A stretch of 63,097 nucleotides of DNA, counting the filler, from Nemertoderma westbladi (taxonomy: Eukaryota; Animalia; Xenacoelomorpha): assembly GCA_032718475.1 (NCBI GenBank). It is 3 parts of 3 records of this genome, joined end to end, with 100 filler letters (N's around TTAATTAATTAA, not from the genome) between each part and the next. Parts side by side here need not be neighbours in the genome. Positions count along the whole stretch, not along the records: positions 1 to 22,115 come from JAUCBJ010004203.1; positions 22,216 to 53,524 come from JAUCBJ010007948.1; 1 more part is not named here. One strand, 5' to 3'. The translations under genes were made by a program, and so were the position numbers. Shown here piece by piece: positions 11,830 to 24,026 of this stretch. The notes under the pieces were generated by a model that searched no databases, was not told where the DNA came from, and worked only from the letters and a program-made list of their open reading frames with translations. How positions within the stretch are numbered: position 1 is the stretch's first letter; each line of letters starts with the position of its first letter.

Positions 11830-13446
11830 TCACTGATCCCAGATTTCAGTTAGTAAAGGTGGTAAATCTTTATCCTTTAGCTTGAGGTTGTAAAGGAAAT
11901 CGGTGTGCTTACTGTTTAATGTTCGCAACTCTGTGAGTTTCATTAGCATCTTCGGTAGAATGAAGGGCTCCTTGGGACGTTTCTTCTTAAGGTAGACCCT
12001 CAGTGTCTCAAGATACGGCTCCTGTATGCGGACAACCAGATCTGGGTTCACCAGATTCGGTCTGTCCGACGCCAGTATACATATCGCTATGAGCAACGCG
12101 TACTCAACCGAATCGAGGCAGACGGAGACCATCCCCCGACTGAACTCGAACATTGGGGCCACGAACTCGCTCAACCCGCTCGACACCAGTTCCTCGCGAT
12201 GAAACATTCGTCCGGAAGCGAATCGAACCGCGTCTGTAACCGGATCAAACTGTTCAGCTGTCTGGATCAACATGACCTCAACCGAAGCCGCTTTCAGTAA
12301 AACTATTTGATCTTCACGGCTTAGTTGAAGGAATCCAGGGACCCTCTTTGTGAACTCAACTATAGATTGGATACTTAGAATCGTAGTTTCTGTGATATGA
12401 GTGAACATCAATTGCTGAGCCTCTTCTCCTGAGATTTTGCTGAGATCCTGAGGCCATTCTGTTACCCTACCAAGGTCTGTCTGGGACGGCATTATGTACT
12501 GTTGCTTGGCGGCGACAACGTGTTCGATCAACTCGTTTTGCGCCGGGGTCAGACATACTACCGGCTCGACACTGGCGACAGACTGGGGGCTGGGTCCACC
12601 GCTGGAACCGGTACTGGTTGTCTCTGATAAATCAGTGGGGGTCCCCGGTTGCCGTTGCTTCATCAATCTGCGCTGTCGTTTCGACCTGCATTGCTCCTCA
12701 GTGAGCAGACACTCAGGTAACATTCCGACTTCTCGGCACTTTCGCAAGCGACACTCTTGGCACTTTCTACGCATGTACATATCCATTTCACATTGCCCCC
12801 CGCGGGTGCATTTATAAACGGCGTTCTTTGTTATGCTGCGTCGGAAAAACCCTTTGCAACCCTCACAACTCAATGCGTTGTAATGAAACCCGGAAGCTTT
12901 GTCGCCGCATATCCAACACAACTCCTCACCCATTGGCTGCATGGGCGGGGACATGGTAGCGTCAATAGCAACCCCGCCATGGGCGCACGCAGATAGGTCG
13001 TAGGTCGCCTCGAGTTTAACCAATAAAGGATCCCTTACAGGTTTACCGAATTCTGAGCCATTGGACGAGGGGCTGCTGTCGCTAGGGGATACGATACCTG
13101 TGTCGCCAGGTATGGGATGCTGGGTTGGGGAGGGCGTCAGTCGTTTGCCGGTGGGGCCCAGGTGTTGATTGGCAGCTTGGGATCCACTGGCTAGGGGAGT
13201 GGTACTTGATACGATACCGGGTTGTCCATTTGTTACTGTAGTCATCGTATCTCCATGGTGACCCGGTATAGTATAGGCAGTGCTGAGCGGGCCTATCTGA
13301 CTTGTTGGATACCCAAATCTCTGCTGCATCGAGTAATCACTCGGCACTTCCGGTACCGGGACACCACTTTGGAATTGGTTAGGTGGACTCGGACTCTTCA
13401 TTTGTGTCTCAGAGTTTGAGTGGTAACTGTCGTCACCTCTCTCCAT
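11830..13446 (-). CDS. NR1H: Nuclear receptor subfamily 1 group H (EcR/LXR/FXR-like), 538 aa, single coding exon
   Basis: C4 DBD CWICGDKASGFHYNALSCEGCKGFFRRSITKNAVYKC...CEMDMYMRRKCQECRLRKC (P-box CEGCKG). LBD signature IVEFTKRVPGFLQLSREDQIVLLK. AF-2 LPPLLTEIWD. Confidence 0.95.
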   Translation of the reverse strand: MERGDDSYHSNSETQMKSPSPPNQFQSGVPVPEVPSDYSMQQRFGYPTSQIGPLSTAYTIPGHHGDTMTTVTNGQPGIVSSTTPLASGSQAANQHLGPTGKRLTPSPTQHPIPGDTGIVSPSDSSPSSNGSEFGKPVRDPLLVKLEATYDLSACAHGGVAIDATMSPPMQPMGEELCWICGDKASGFHYNALSCEGCKGFFRRSITKNAVYKCTRGGQCEMDMYMRRKCQECRLRKCREVGMLPECLLTEEQCRSKRQRRLMKQRQPGTPTDLSETTSTGSSGGPSPQSVASVEPVVCLTPAQNELIEHVVAAKQQYIMPSQTDLGRVTEWPQDLSKISGEEAQQLMFTHITETTILSIQSIVEFTKRVPGFLQLSREDQIVLLKAASVEVMLIQTAEQFDPVTDAVRFASGRMFHREELVSSGLSEFVAPMFEFSRGMVSVCLDSVEYALLIAICILASDRPNLVNPDLVVRIQEPYLETLRVYLKKKRPKEPFILPKMLMKLTELRTLNSKHTDFLYNLKLKDKDLPPLLTEIWDQ

Positions 13447-13904
13447 TGTCCGATTGCAGGATTATACCAGCTACCAGCTAACCACAGCATAAACTAAGGG
13501 TTTCCGGGATATATGAATATATATTTTTTTTAATTATTACCGTACCGTACTGTATTAGAATATTAGATGTTCCGTATTTATTACCGGTACTGTCAGACTG
13601 TATTAGGTCTAGCAGTCTCAATTGGTCTGCCCTCTGCCTGCCGGCTGGCCGGTATTATGTATTCTGAACTTCAACTACACCACAGCACCATGTCCTGGAA
13701 TAGTTTATAGTGTTGTTATTCAGGCAGTCAGCGAGTCAGGTACCGGTACCAGCCTGCGTGTCCTCCAGGCTGCAAACCACCACTGAACCTCGCACAACGC
13801 CCGCGCACAATTTTTTAGCAGCGCAATATTGGACCATATACCGCGCATGCGACGAAAAACAAACGCGCACACTACCAGTACCGGTACCGGTAGGCCCTAC
13901 ATTT

Positions 13905-14180
13905 TAACAATATAAAATAAAAAAGTAAAAGAAACGCGAGCGAAGTGCAGAAGTGAGCGAAATTTTTTCATTAACAATACAAAATGAAAAAGAGACGCGA
14001 GCAAAACTCAAAGTGTGAAAGTGAGCGAAATTTTGATATTTTAACAATGTAAAATGAAAAAGAAACGTGCTGCCGTGAGCAAAACTGCAAAACTCAAAGT
14101 GAGCGAAAATTATAGGCCTACATTTTAACAAAGCAAAATGGAAAAGAAAAGCGACCGAAGCGAGCGAAATTTTTTGTGGC
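13905..14180. repeat. Degenerate ~55-70-bp tandem repeats (probable MITE interior)
   Basis: AAAATGAAAAAGAAACG...GTGAGCGAAATTT recurs about four times. Confidence 0.45.
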
Positions 14181-14685
14181 AAATTATTTTTCTCACTTTG
14201 CATTGCATGCCCTTTATAGCTTAGGCAGCTAGGCCTACCGTATGCTTTATTTTTTTTACACCTCATCCGCGCACTTTATGACTTTTAATCTCTTGCACAT
14301 AATTACAGTATTACCGCCTGATTGAGGTACCGGTACGTCTTGTCGTCAGTGCCAATACAATTACAATATCCATACCGGGTCCGGTACCACTGGCAACTGG
14401 CAGACTGGTAGGCCTAACGACGACAGTGCTACTGCAGTACTGGCAACTGGTGTACTGGTAATTTTATATTTGAGGCTGTTCCGCTGTTTGGTACCAGTAG
14501 ACAGGTCTCTACGGCCCTACCTAACCTACCAGTCATCCGGTACTTTTTATTAAAAAAGTTAGCTACGGCATATAATGCTGTAGTGCTGCCATGTACCACA
14601 TCACCGTAATAAAATGCAGAAACAGAGAAATGTAGGCCCTACGGTGCCTGATTGCAGCCAATTATTTATATTTTTAAATTTTTAT

Positions 14686-15004
14686 TCACCCGGATGAAAA
14701 ACATTTATCACCCGGGTGAAAAACATTTATCACCCGGGTGAAAAACATTTATCACCCGGGTGAAAAACATTTATCACCCGGCTGAAAAACATTTACCGCC
14801 CTGGTGAAAAACCTTTTTCACCCAGGTGAAAAACATTTATCACACGGGTGAAAAACATTTATAGACCTGGTGAAAAACAGTTATCACCCGGCTGAAAAAC
14901 ATTTACAACCCGGGTGAAAAACATTTATCATCCTATGGTGAAAAATATTTATCACCCGGTTTGAAAACATTTATCACCCTGGTGAAAAACATTTATCACC
15001 CGGT
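14686..15004. repeat. 22-bp minisatellite (GAAAAACATTTATCACCCGGGT)n, ~14 degenerate copies; part of an element interrupted by the CR1 LINE
   Basis: Period of 22 visible at 14701/14723. Related TATCACCCGG/AATTCACTAG motifs resume at 18495-18860 on the other side of the LINE. Confidence 0.8.
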
Positions 15005-15420
15005 GTAGCAGAGAATTTCCAGACCCCCCCCCCCCCCCCCCCCCCCCTAAAATTCACCCTCGGTTAAAATTCACTAGTGTAATGTAATGTAATGTAATGT
15101 AATGTAATGTAATTGCACTCCAAATAATTGCACCGACAAATAAAATAATTAATTATTTAAAATTAATCTTAATCTTAATGACATACATATTCACAAAATG
15201 AAATTGAATTAGACCTTTAATTAAACAATTATATGTATGGAGGGAGAAGATAACCCAGGCAATGTTGCACTTACGAGCGTATCTCTATTGGAATTAAGTA
15301 AAAATATTGCAAACTAAAAAAAATAAAATGGTAAAACACGGTCAGTCATTATGAACAGAGAAAATATAAAAAAAATCAAAATCAAATCAAAATACGAGGC
15401 GGGGTATAATGTGTGCATAT

Positions 15421-18109
15421 TTAAACAAAATGACACAAGTGACTAAAATCAATATGACGTATATGGCAATTAAAAATATACAAATTACGTGCATTAACGG
15501 CATCTGAGGGCAAGGAATTCCACACGGATACTATACGGCTGGCAAAACGATTTCTGACAACGACTAGCCTGCTAGGCTGAGCAAACAGTTTCCTGTTATG
15601 GCCTCGCAAACCTTGCCGTTGCACATGCGAGAAAAAATCGTTAAAATGAAGGTCAATGTTATTGTGACAAATATTATAAACCATACGGATATCAAAAATA
15701 ATTCGCCTAACTTCTAATGGTTGGAGTTTCAAGTGTATTAATCTATTAGAGTAACTGTTATCTATGTGTGTTAACTGACATCTTGAAAACAATCGTCTGG
15801 TGAAATATCGTTGGACGCGCTCAACCAATTTTATATTAAAAATTTGGTGAGGAGACCAAACCACGGTACAGTACTCTAGCAGTGGGCGAACATACGCCTT
15901 ATAAGCCGTAATAAGTACGTTGACATTAGAAGTGTGGAAGCACCTAAATATTATATTGCACATTTTATACGCCTTGGATACTTGTTGGCTGCAGTATTTG
16001 CTGAAACGCAGATTTTTGGTGACGATAATACCTAGGTCCTTACAACTCTCCTTGAGTTCTAGAATAGAACCGTTGAGAGTGTACTCACTCGGTGTGCGTG
16101 TACCAAGGTGAAGTACATGACATTTGTGAGCAGCGACATTGAGCTGCCAGGTTTTACTCCAACTGGCTAATCTATCCAACGCATTTTGAATGTTTGCCGG
16201 ATTATTACTGTTTCCATATAATTTTAAATCGTCAGCAAATAGTTTGCAACCTACATTTGTAAATTCCGAAGGCAAATCGTTTACAAAAACTAGGAACAAA
16301 ATCGGCCCCAAGACGCTTCCTTGGGGTGTTCCTGATTTGACGTCAACATAATCTGAGTATTTGTATCCAACTAAAACACGTTGACTACGATTAGCTAAGA
16401 AGGCGACTATCCAGTCAAATAGATTACCTGAAATCCCATACGCGGCCAGTTTTTGTAAAAGTTTAGAGTGTACCACCTTATCGAAGGCCTTCTCGAAGTC
16501 GATATAAATAATATCGATGTTCTGTTTATTATCTAATAATTTGTACCAATCGTTCGTGCACTCGAGGAGATGAGTTGCAGTTGAGCGGCGTTTGAGAAAG
16601 CCGTGTTGATTTTTAGAAATTAGGCCATTCGAAAGTAGGTACTTTAAAAGTTCATTTTTAATACAAGTTTCCATTATTTTGCAGGCAATGCAAGTCAAAG
16701 AAATTGGCCGGTAGTTGTATGGGTTGGACGGGTCATCTTTCTTGAACAGGGGTACTACAATTGCTGTAAGCCAGATATTGGGTAACACATGTAAACTGAA
16801 AGATATTTCAAACATAACAGACAAAGGCGTTGCTAGCTGTGTAGCCAAACTACGGTATAATAAGCTAGGCATTCCATCTGGTGTTGAGCCAGACTTTGAT
16901 GGTAGGTCTCGTAAAATCTTAAGTACTACACTGGGATTAAAAGTAATGTCGCTAATATGTGTATTATTTGGCACCGCACGACTGAAAGGGGGGAAATTAC
17001 CATCATCGTTACAGTAATTCTCTGCCAGAACCTTCGAAAAAATCCTGGCTTTAATTGCGTCGTCAACGATCACATCACCTTTGAAATTCAAAGGGGCAAC
17101 TCCAGATTTATAATTTCTCTTGGAACTAATGTAGCTAAAAATAGCGTTTGGACGGCCTGAGGTTAAAATCTTATTTTCTCTCAGACACAAATTCCTAAAT
17201 ATTGTTCTAGAAATTTCCTTCGCACACCTATTGTAAGCTAGGTTACCCTGTGGTGTGTGCCGCCTTTTCCATAGTAATTTCTTTTTTCGTTGAAGTTGCC
17301 TAATGTGATCGGGATAACGTTTTCTAAAAGAAACAGGAATATCTTTGCATGGAATAAAACGCGTTATACCAGCGTTAACAACATTATAAAAAGCAATCCA
17401 ATAATCATCTACTGTATTACATGATTCAAAATTGCAATGCCAATCTTGAGTATCTAAAAAGGAAGAAAATGCTACATAGTCGCCGTTCTTATAATCTAAA
17501 TAATGTACAGGTTCACTATTTACAAACTGATAGGGACCACATAGATTAAAAAATACAGATGAATTTGTTGACAAGTTGGGTGAACCCCGCCTCGTGTACA
17601 CAATTAAAAAAGGCATTATATATATCAGAGTCAGGAAAGGTCATTGCCTCCCAGTTAAAATCACGAAAATTAAAATCGCCGAAACAAACAATGGGGTAAT
17701 TTACATCTGATAGATTAGATATACAATCACAAAATAAATTAACATAATCAATGGTACTGCATACCACACTGTTGCTGCGATAAGCACAAATTAATCTTGT
17801 TGGGGCGTCACCGAGAATATCAACAGCAATTATTTCACAATCGTCATACTTTTTGTCAGGGAAAATTCTAGAACATTTTAAAGCCTTAGCCTTATCAATT
17901 ATTATGGCCACACCACCGCCGGTGGTGCTGACACGGTCCTTTCTAAAGATATGAAAACGATTATGATCTACAACCATTGCATCGGTAATACTCTCACGCA
18001 ACCAACTTTCCGTAATACCAACCACTGTGTGACCAGATGTGTCTAAAAAATGCGTTAAATCATGTAATTTGTTGCCGATACTCTGGCAATTCATAGTACA
18101 ACAACTCAA
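15421..18109 (-). pseudogene. CR1 ORF2 (APE-RT) with frameshift/deletion near 17560
   Basis: Two overlapping ORFs in different frames. The APE C-terminal DL/SDH motifs are not seen at the junction. Confidence 0.8.
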
Positions 18110-18193
18110 ATAAGTCGAATTGGTGGGGGCTGTGCTCGAAGTATTAATTAAGTTTATATCTTCTCCCGTTAGTAGTTTCCCGACATAATGGAG

Positions 18194-18330
18194 GAACCAT
18201 CGTCGGAGACTAGATTGTCGGCGGAACCATCGTCGGAGACTAGATTGTCGGCGGAACCATCGTCGGAGACCCGATTGTCGGCGGAACCATCGTCGGAGAC
18301 CCGATTGACGGCGGAACCATCGTCGGGGAC
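18194..18330 (-). repeat. 30-bp tandem repeat (~4.5 copies) encoding (VSDDGSADNL/R)n in the CR1 ORF1 tail
   Basis: GAACCATCGTCGGAGACYMGATTGTCGGCG repeated; lies in ORF 18169-18462. Confidence 0.85.
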
Positions 18331-21300
18331 CTGACCATCCACTTGCGCCGTTGGCGAGGTGTCCAAGGGAACATCACGTTGGATTGGAACATGAGAACCA
18401 TGGCTACGGGAAACGGGGGTCGATCGAAGGCCGCTCCGCAACTGTTTCCTTCTAGATTCCATGTGCTTTAGTGCATGGGTGTATTAGTGGGGGGTGTATT
18501 TATCACCCCCCGGTTAGAATTCACTAGGGTATTTTAACCGGGGGTGAAACTAACTCTGGATGGTATTTTAGTTAATTTTAACCCCACTCAGTGTATTCTT
18601 ACCCCCATGATATTTTACATCTCAATATAATTTAATTTCAATATAAGCCTACCGATAAGACCACAGATACCTCTAGTACACAGACAAACACACGCTGGAG
18701 ATTTGTATAATAGTAAAGTACTGTAGAAGATACAAATAAAATACACCGGGAGTGATAATACACTAGGGAAATGTAACCGGGGGCGGGGGTGGATTTGCAT
18801 GGGGAGTAAAAATTAGCTGTTATACCGGGTGAAAAATATTTATCACCCGGGTTAAAAAAAAACATGTGTCAGAACTCTGAACACATGTAGTTAGTTACCT
18901 TATAAATAAAATCGAGAGCTCATTGTGATCCAGATTCACTCTTGGCGAATTAATATCTCGACCAAATGCTAGTAATCAATTAAGGGAAAGGATCAGGTTA
19001 CAGTGCCATGTTATCCTAACCAAAACAAAAAACGAAAGTCATTAGTTTAAATATTGAAATATTTTTTTATATATTGGGCAATGTATTACACGGTGCGGTA
19101 TCTGAAGCCATTGCCTACTATCCAAGCTGGATCAAAGTTAATAATGATTGCGCGACCTGGCAAAACTCAATGGACGCGGACGGGCCTTCTTAATGTACTG
19201 TATGCTAAAAAATTCAATGATTTAATACTGTATTAGTTGGTGTGAATGCAGTCTGGGGCGGATATATTAGTATTATTATAGAATATTAATTATTATGGTA
19301 GGCTGGTGCCACGACATGGCATATGGTTGGAGTTTCATTAGGCAGCAGATATTTGAGGGAAGAGTTTGCGACTGCGGACAGTTCAAGGAGAAATCATCGA
19401 TTATTTCAAGTTATTGTCATCCATCTGCTGTTTATCGTCGTAGTGAAAGTGCTCTGTACTGTGACCATCGGCGGTAGATTTTGATCAACACAATGTAGTG
19501 GTATTTCTAGACTGGGGAGGGCCTACCATGTCGAAAAAACTACGCCAATTTCATATAAGTTTGGAAAATTTTGGCTCTTATTTGACTGCTGTTTGCTTTT
19601 AAGTTTTACACTTTCATATGGTTATCGATAGAGAGCAGTTTAAGTAAACAGTTATTTCTAATTCAGTAAAACTCATTAGTCTAACTGTTTCTATATGGAC
19701 TCTATCGAGCAGTAGTTATCATCGACCTGGTAGTTTGAACTATACAGACTACAGACTTTACTATACAGTGTTGGTATTATAAATCACATTGGCGAAATTG
19801 CAGTAGTTTCTGCAAACGGTACCGTACATGTTTTATTTAATTTACTTGTTTTTCTTTATCATGAAGATAAGAAATGATTCAGAATAACCTTTGGAATGAC
19901 GTCTAGACATTTCAATAGCTAGATAATAATAGATTTCAATATTGGCAATTCAGCTTGTAAAGTTATTGTGAATTTCTGTTGTTGCCCAGGTTACGGTTAC
20001 TCGTTCTCATACCAACCAATCATCGTCTCTAAAGACCTGCCAGTCTTCTATTTGTGACTTGGAGTACTACGGTATGCACAACTTCGCCCCCTTTTCTACC
20101 ATCACTTGCACCTCCACGACTGCCCAGCCCCCTGACGTACTACTAAAGGTTAGAATTACTGTCCACATTTAAAGTAATAACATCACGGAGTGTGGATGGG
20201 GTAACACCCATCATGAATTAGAAACTAGATTCCACCAAATATTAAAACTGACAACGGAAATGAAATCAGCGACCTCGAAAACCCCCATAAATATAATTTT
20301 AACTCGGTGGTGTGCTTCCTTCATTTCAGACACTCACTATTAACCAACCAGACCCCATACAGGTAGTTTTGCGCGGGAAGGTTTGAATTTTGAAGGCAAT
20401 TATCTCTGAATGACATATTTTCACACGAAAAATACTCCTCCTTACATTGGAGTGGTTTATATTATTTCTAGGCAACAGGGCCACATAAAAGAGCTCGGAC
20501 GGCTGCTTGGACTTATAACTTCTACCCCCAGCTGTCTTGGTGTGAACTCAACATCCAATTACCTTGTACCATTTTACTCAAAGAGGTACAGGTTAGTTTT
20601 CATTCAATCACGTTTAATTCCGTTCTGTTGAAATAAATATGGAAAGATGTTTCGCGTTCCTTTTATTTTACTAATATTAGAATTATTCAATGTATTTATT
20701 TTCCAGTCAAAAGTTCAGGTTTTTGTTATTTTATTTCTTCTATGGCCTAATTTAATGAGTCTCTTTTAGTTCAAAGGACGTAGTTTTAATACAATAATAA
20801 TTTAAGTAAATATAAGGGTCATTAATTGTGTGACAACGGCATTTACAGATTACAGAACATTTTTAGTTACAAAGATATGGAAATTCAGAATGACATATTA
20901 TATGCCACAGTTGGAGTTGTTTGGTTTACTTAACAGAACGACACATACCACTCAATCCATTTACATTTTGGCACTGTATCTGAACAACATACGCCATAAG
21001 GTGTTGTATTATTTTACAATATTGTCCAATGGCAAGAAACATAATTAATAAATAAATGGAAGGAGGGAGTTTCAAATATGCCATACTTAAATAAGTACAT
21101 TACATACTCAGTTTCAGTTTTAGAAGCACAGATTCTGGATCTCAGTAATAAATTGTTTTAACATCTTTCATGGTAATGACATAACAACATTATACCGTTC
21201 ATACAATGTTATCAATTTCCTGCAGAACGAAGGAATTCGTCAAAAAATATACATTTAAAATCAAATAATCAAAGATATGTGGATCACCCAAAATCTAAAC

Positions 21301-22115
21301 AAACACTAAAGAAAATTACTCCTTCTGAATTATTTTAAATTCAATCCGAGGAATTCCTGAATTTTAAAACATTTTTGTTATCTACTCAAAATTACTTCTT
21401 TCGTATAAGTTTTATTAACATACACACGTTGAATTTCCTCAGGATGTCTTGACATTCTCTTAGTTGTATACTGGCATCGTATAATACTCTGATATTAATG
21501 AAATGCAACATTAAATTACGAAAGTTTTAAATAAAGCTTATTTTGTACGAAAATTAAAATAGAAAGTTTTTAATCAGACTTATTTTATACAACATCATTT
21601 GAAATTTTTGGTCAGAAAAATTATCTCAACTCTACACACTACTGTATAAAAATGATCCCAAATGAATTCACAGTATTAATGTTGCCAAAACATAATTCAA
21701 GTTCCCTCTACAGTATTACAACTATTAGAAGAGTCAACTCTACACACACTACAGTACTATGTATAACTAATAAACCATTTTGGTGGCCAGATTTCCCAGG
21801 AATAAATGCCTATTTTTTTTAGTCCACTAATATTTTTTTCGAACGGTTCACAGACGTAGTTTATTTCCCGTACGTATTTCAATTCATACGTGTTTAATTG
21901 CAACATTTTTAATATATCTACTGCAGTCTGACTGAATCGCTGCCACATCTCTATAATATAATCGGTCTGCTGCATTGAAGCTGCACATTGAGATGCTATG
22001 CCAGCTTAACAAAAATATTTTGTCACGCAATCCACAATTGGCAAGCCCAATGCAGCGTATATTAAAAATGGTGCACGTTGCAGCTATTGTTGCAGTTATC
22101 GTTGCACCGCCACAA

Positions 22116-22215
22116 NNNNNNNNNNNNNNNNNNNNNNNNNNNNNNNNNNNNNNNNNNNNTTAATTAATTAANNNNNNNNNNNNNNNNNNNNNNNNNNNNN
22201 NNNNNNNNNNNNNNN
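22116..22215. other. Artificial contig linker (N44 + TTAATTAATTAA + N44)
   Basis: Exactly 100 bp. The 12-mer places stop codons in all six frames. Identical to 53525-53624. Confidence 0.97.
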
Positions 22216-23009
22216 CTCCTTTATGCTGCATGGAGGTGGCAAGTTTTCTTGATCAATGACCTAGAATACCTGACCTGACCTGGGATATATAATTCATAGG
22301 CATATAGACATATTATAGAGGCATATATATAGAGGCATATTCAATAGGCATATATAATTCATAGTTGCTTTACTAATAATTCGGTTATATTAGCAATATC
22401 TAGCAGAGTATTAGGTAATCTCGAACGCAAATTAGTAGTATCATATTAAATATAATTTTGTTTATTGTTTTGGTTAGATAATGTAATATCTACATTGTAA
22501 ACAGCTTCTTCCCATAATATTTTTAATCTAATGTTATTGTTTTAACCCCCAATACATTCAGTCAGTTTCTATAGTATCATTTATTCCATAATTTATTGTA
22601 ACATTACTCAACGCCGTTAGTATTAACAGCGAGTTGTTATTTAGCACTTTACAACCTTAGAGGACATTATCATTGTATTGGCCTGTACATTTAGTATTGT
22701 ATTTTGTGTTAGTAGTTAAGTAATGTCCCGTTAGCGGACATTACTTAACACCGTCATTGGTTACCACGTTACCACCTTTTGCATTACCTACCGGTGGTTA
22801 TATAGCTATTAATAACCAGTAGGGCCTAGCTACAGTATATTATTATAACATGGCTCCAAACGCCGCGATAAATATACGCTAACTTATTACAACATAATTT
22901 ATGTCATTTTTCCATTTATTTATACAGCAACTAATTGAATTTGTGCAATTTCTATCACTAATATATATACAATCATTTCGTAATGTTACAATTTTGGAAT
23001 AAAACTACA

Positions 23010-23145
23010 TACATACTTGTTGCAAAGTACTTTACAGTGTTCTGATCCTCGTGGCTTTATTTTCACTCACTCGCTACGTTCGTTCGTGTAACAAAGTCAC
23101 TCGGATCATCACACTGTAAAGTGCTACTTTACACAGAAGTATGTA
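23010..23145. mobile_element. Short palindromic (hairpin) MITE-like element
   Basis: Arms TACATACTT...ACTTTACAGTGT.TGATCC / GGATCA.CACACTGTAAAGT...AAGTATGTA. Second copy at 50481-50617. Confidence 0.6.
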
Positions 23146-24026
23146 AATAGTTATTATTATTGCAGATAAGGGGGGGGGGGGGGGAAACTGGACGCAATAA
23201 AAATTCATCCCTCTCCAGGGGAAATTGGACGCAAATAACAGATGATTACTCTTAAAAATAAAACTGTAAGCTGTTCTATTGTGTTTAGTTTATTGTTTTG
23301 GTTTATATAACGTGTCACTGTAACCTGCTCCTTTCCCTAACCCCCCCCCCCCCCCCCCCCCCGCTGTCTCTATTATTAATTAATAGCGTTTACAACTGCT
23401 CTATTATTTATAATTATAATTGCTGCTTTACTATTCACCAATAATGAATTTTACGTAATATTATTTATTGTTGATATAATAGCGTTTATTTCAGCCCTAT
23501 TATATTTTATCGCTATTATATATTACTCAAGTATTTATAACTGGTTTAGGAATAATTAAGAACCATTTTTAATATAATATATTGTTGATACAATAGTAAT
23601 TCTTTATGAATAATTTTCTACACTAGAAATTATCATTTAATATAATATTGTTTATCGATACTGAAATATAATTTTATAGGATGTATTTATGATTTATATA
23701 ATGCTACAATAATAGTTTAGCCCCTAGAATATCATTTTATTATGATGTATACTTTTATTGATTGATTCATCAATAAAATGATTATTGATCATTAACAATT
23801 TAAATTATTATTACCCCATTCGCAGGCAGACTGCTTGCTATGTAGTGCTATTATAATATTTTTACTTACCAATTAAATTACTAACATAAATTAACCCGTA
23901 TATGTATGTATTAAATTTAGTTTGGAAATATCATAATGAATCTTTAATAAACTCATAGTGTAAAGAAGTTTTATTGTTGATAAAATAAAGTTAATTATTA
24001 TTAATTTGTCGATGTTATTTTATAAT

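Larger units (their letters stand above)
15079..18478 (-). mobile_element. 5'-truncated CR1-group LINE: end of ORF1, ORF2 (APE endonuclease + reverse transcriptase), 3' UTR and (ATTAC)n tail
   Basis: APE motifs (N..SI.NK, VGITESWL, FRKDR, GGGVAI, GDFN) in 17546-18109. RT motifs (QHGF, YIDFEKAFDKV, GTPQGSVLGP, FADD) and a CR1-like C-terminus (GHN.KL...WNSLP) in 15421-17616. (GTAAT)n at 15079-15113. Confidence 0.92.

Noticed and set aside
12494-13419. Plus-strand ORFs overlapping NR1H
   Set aside because: Antisense shadows of a GC-richer coding region with no recognisable motifs.
22116-22215. TTAATTAATTAA palindrome inside N runs (also 53525-53624)
   Set aside because: Artificial six-frame-stop linker, not biology. 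Gene neighbourhoods across it cannot be interpreted.
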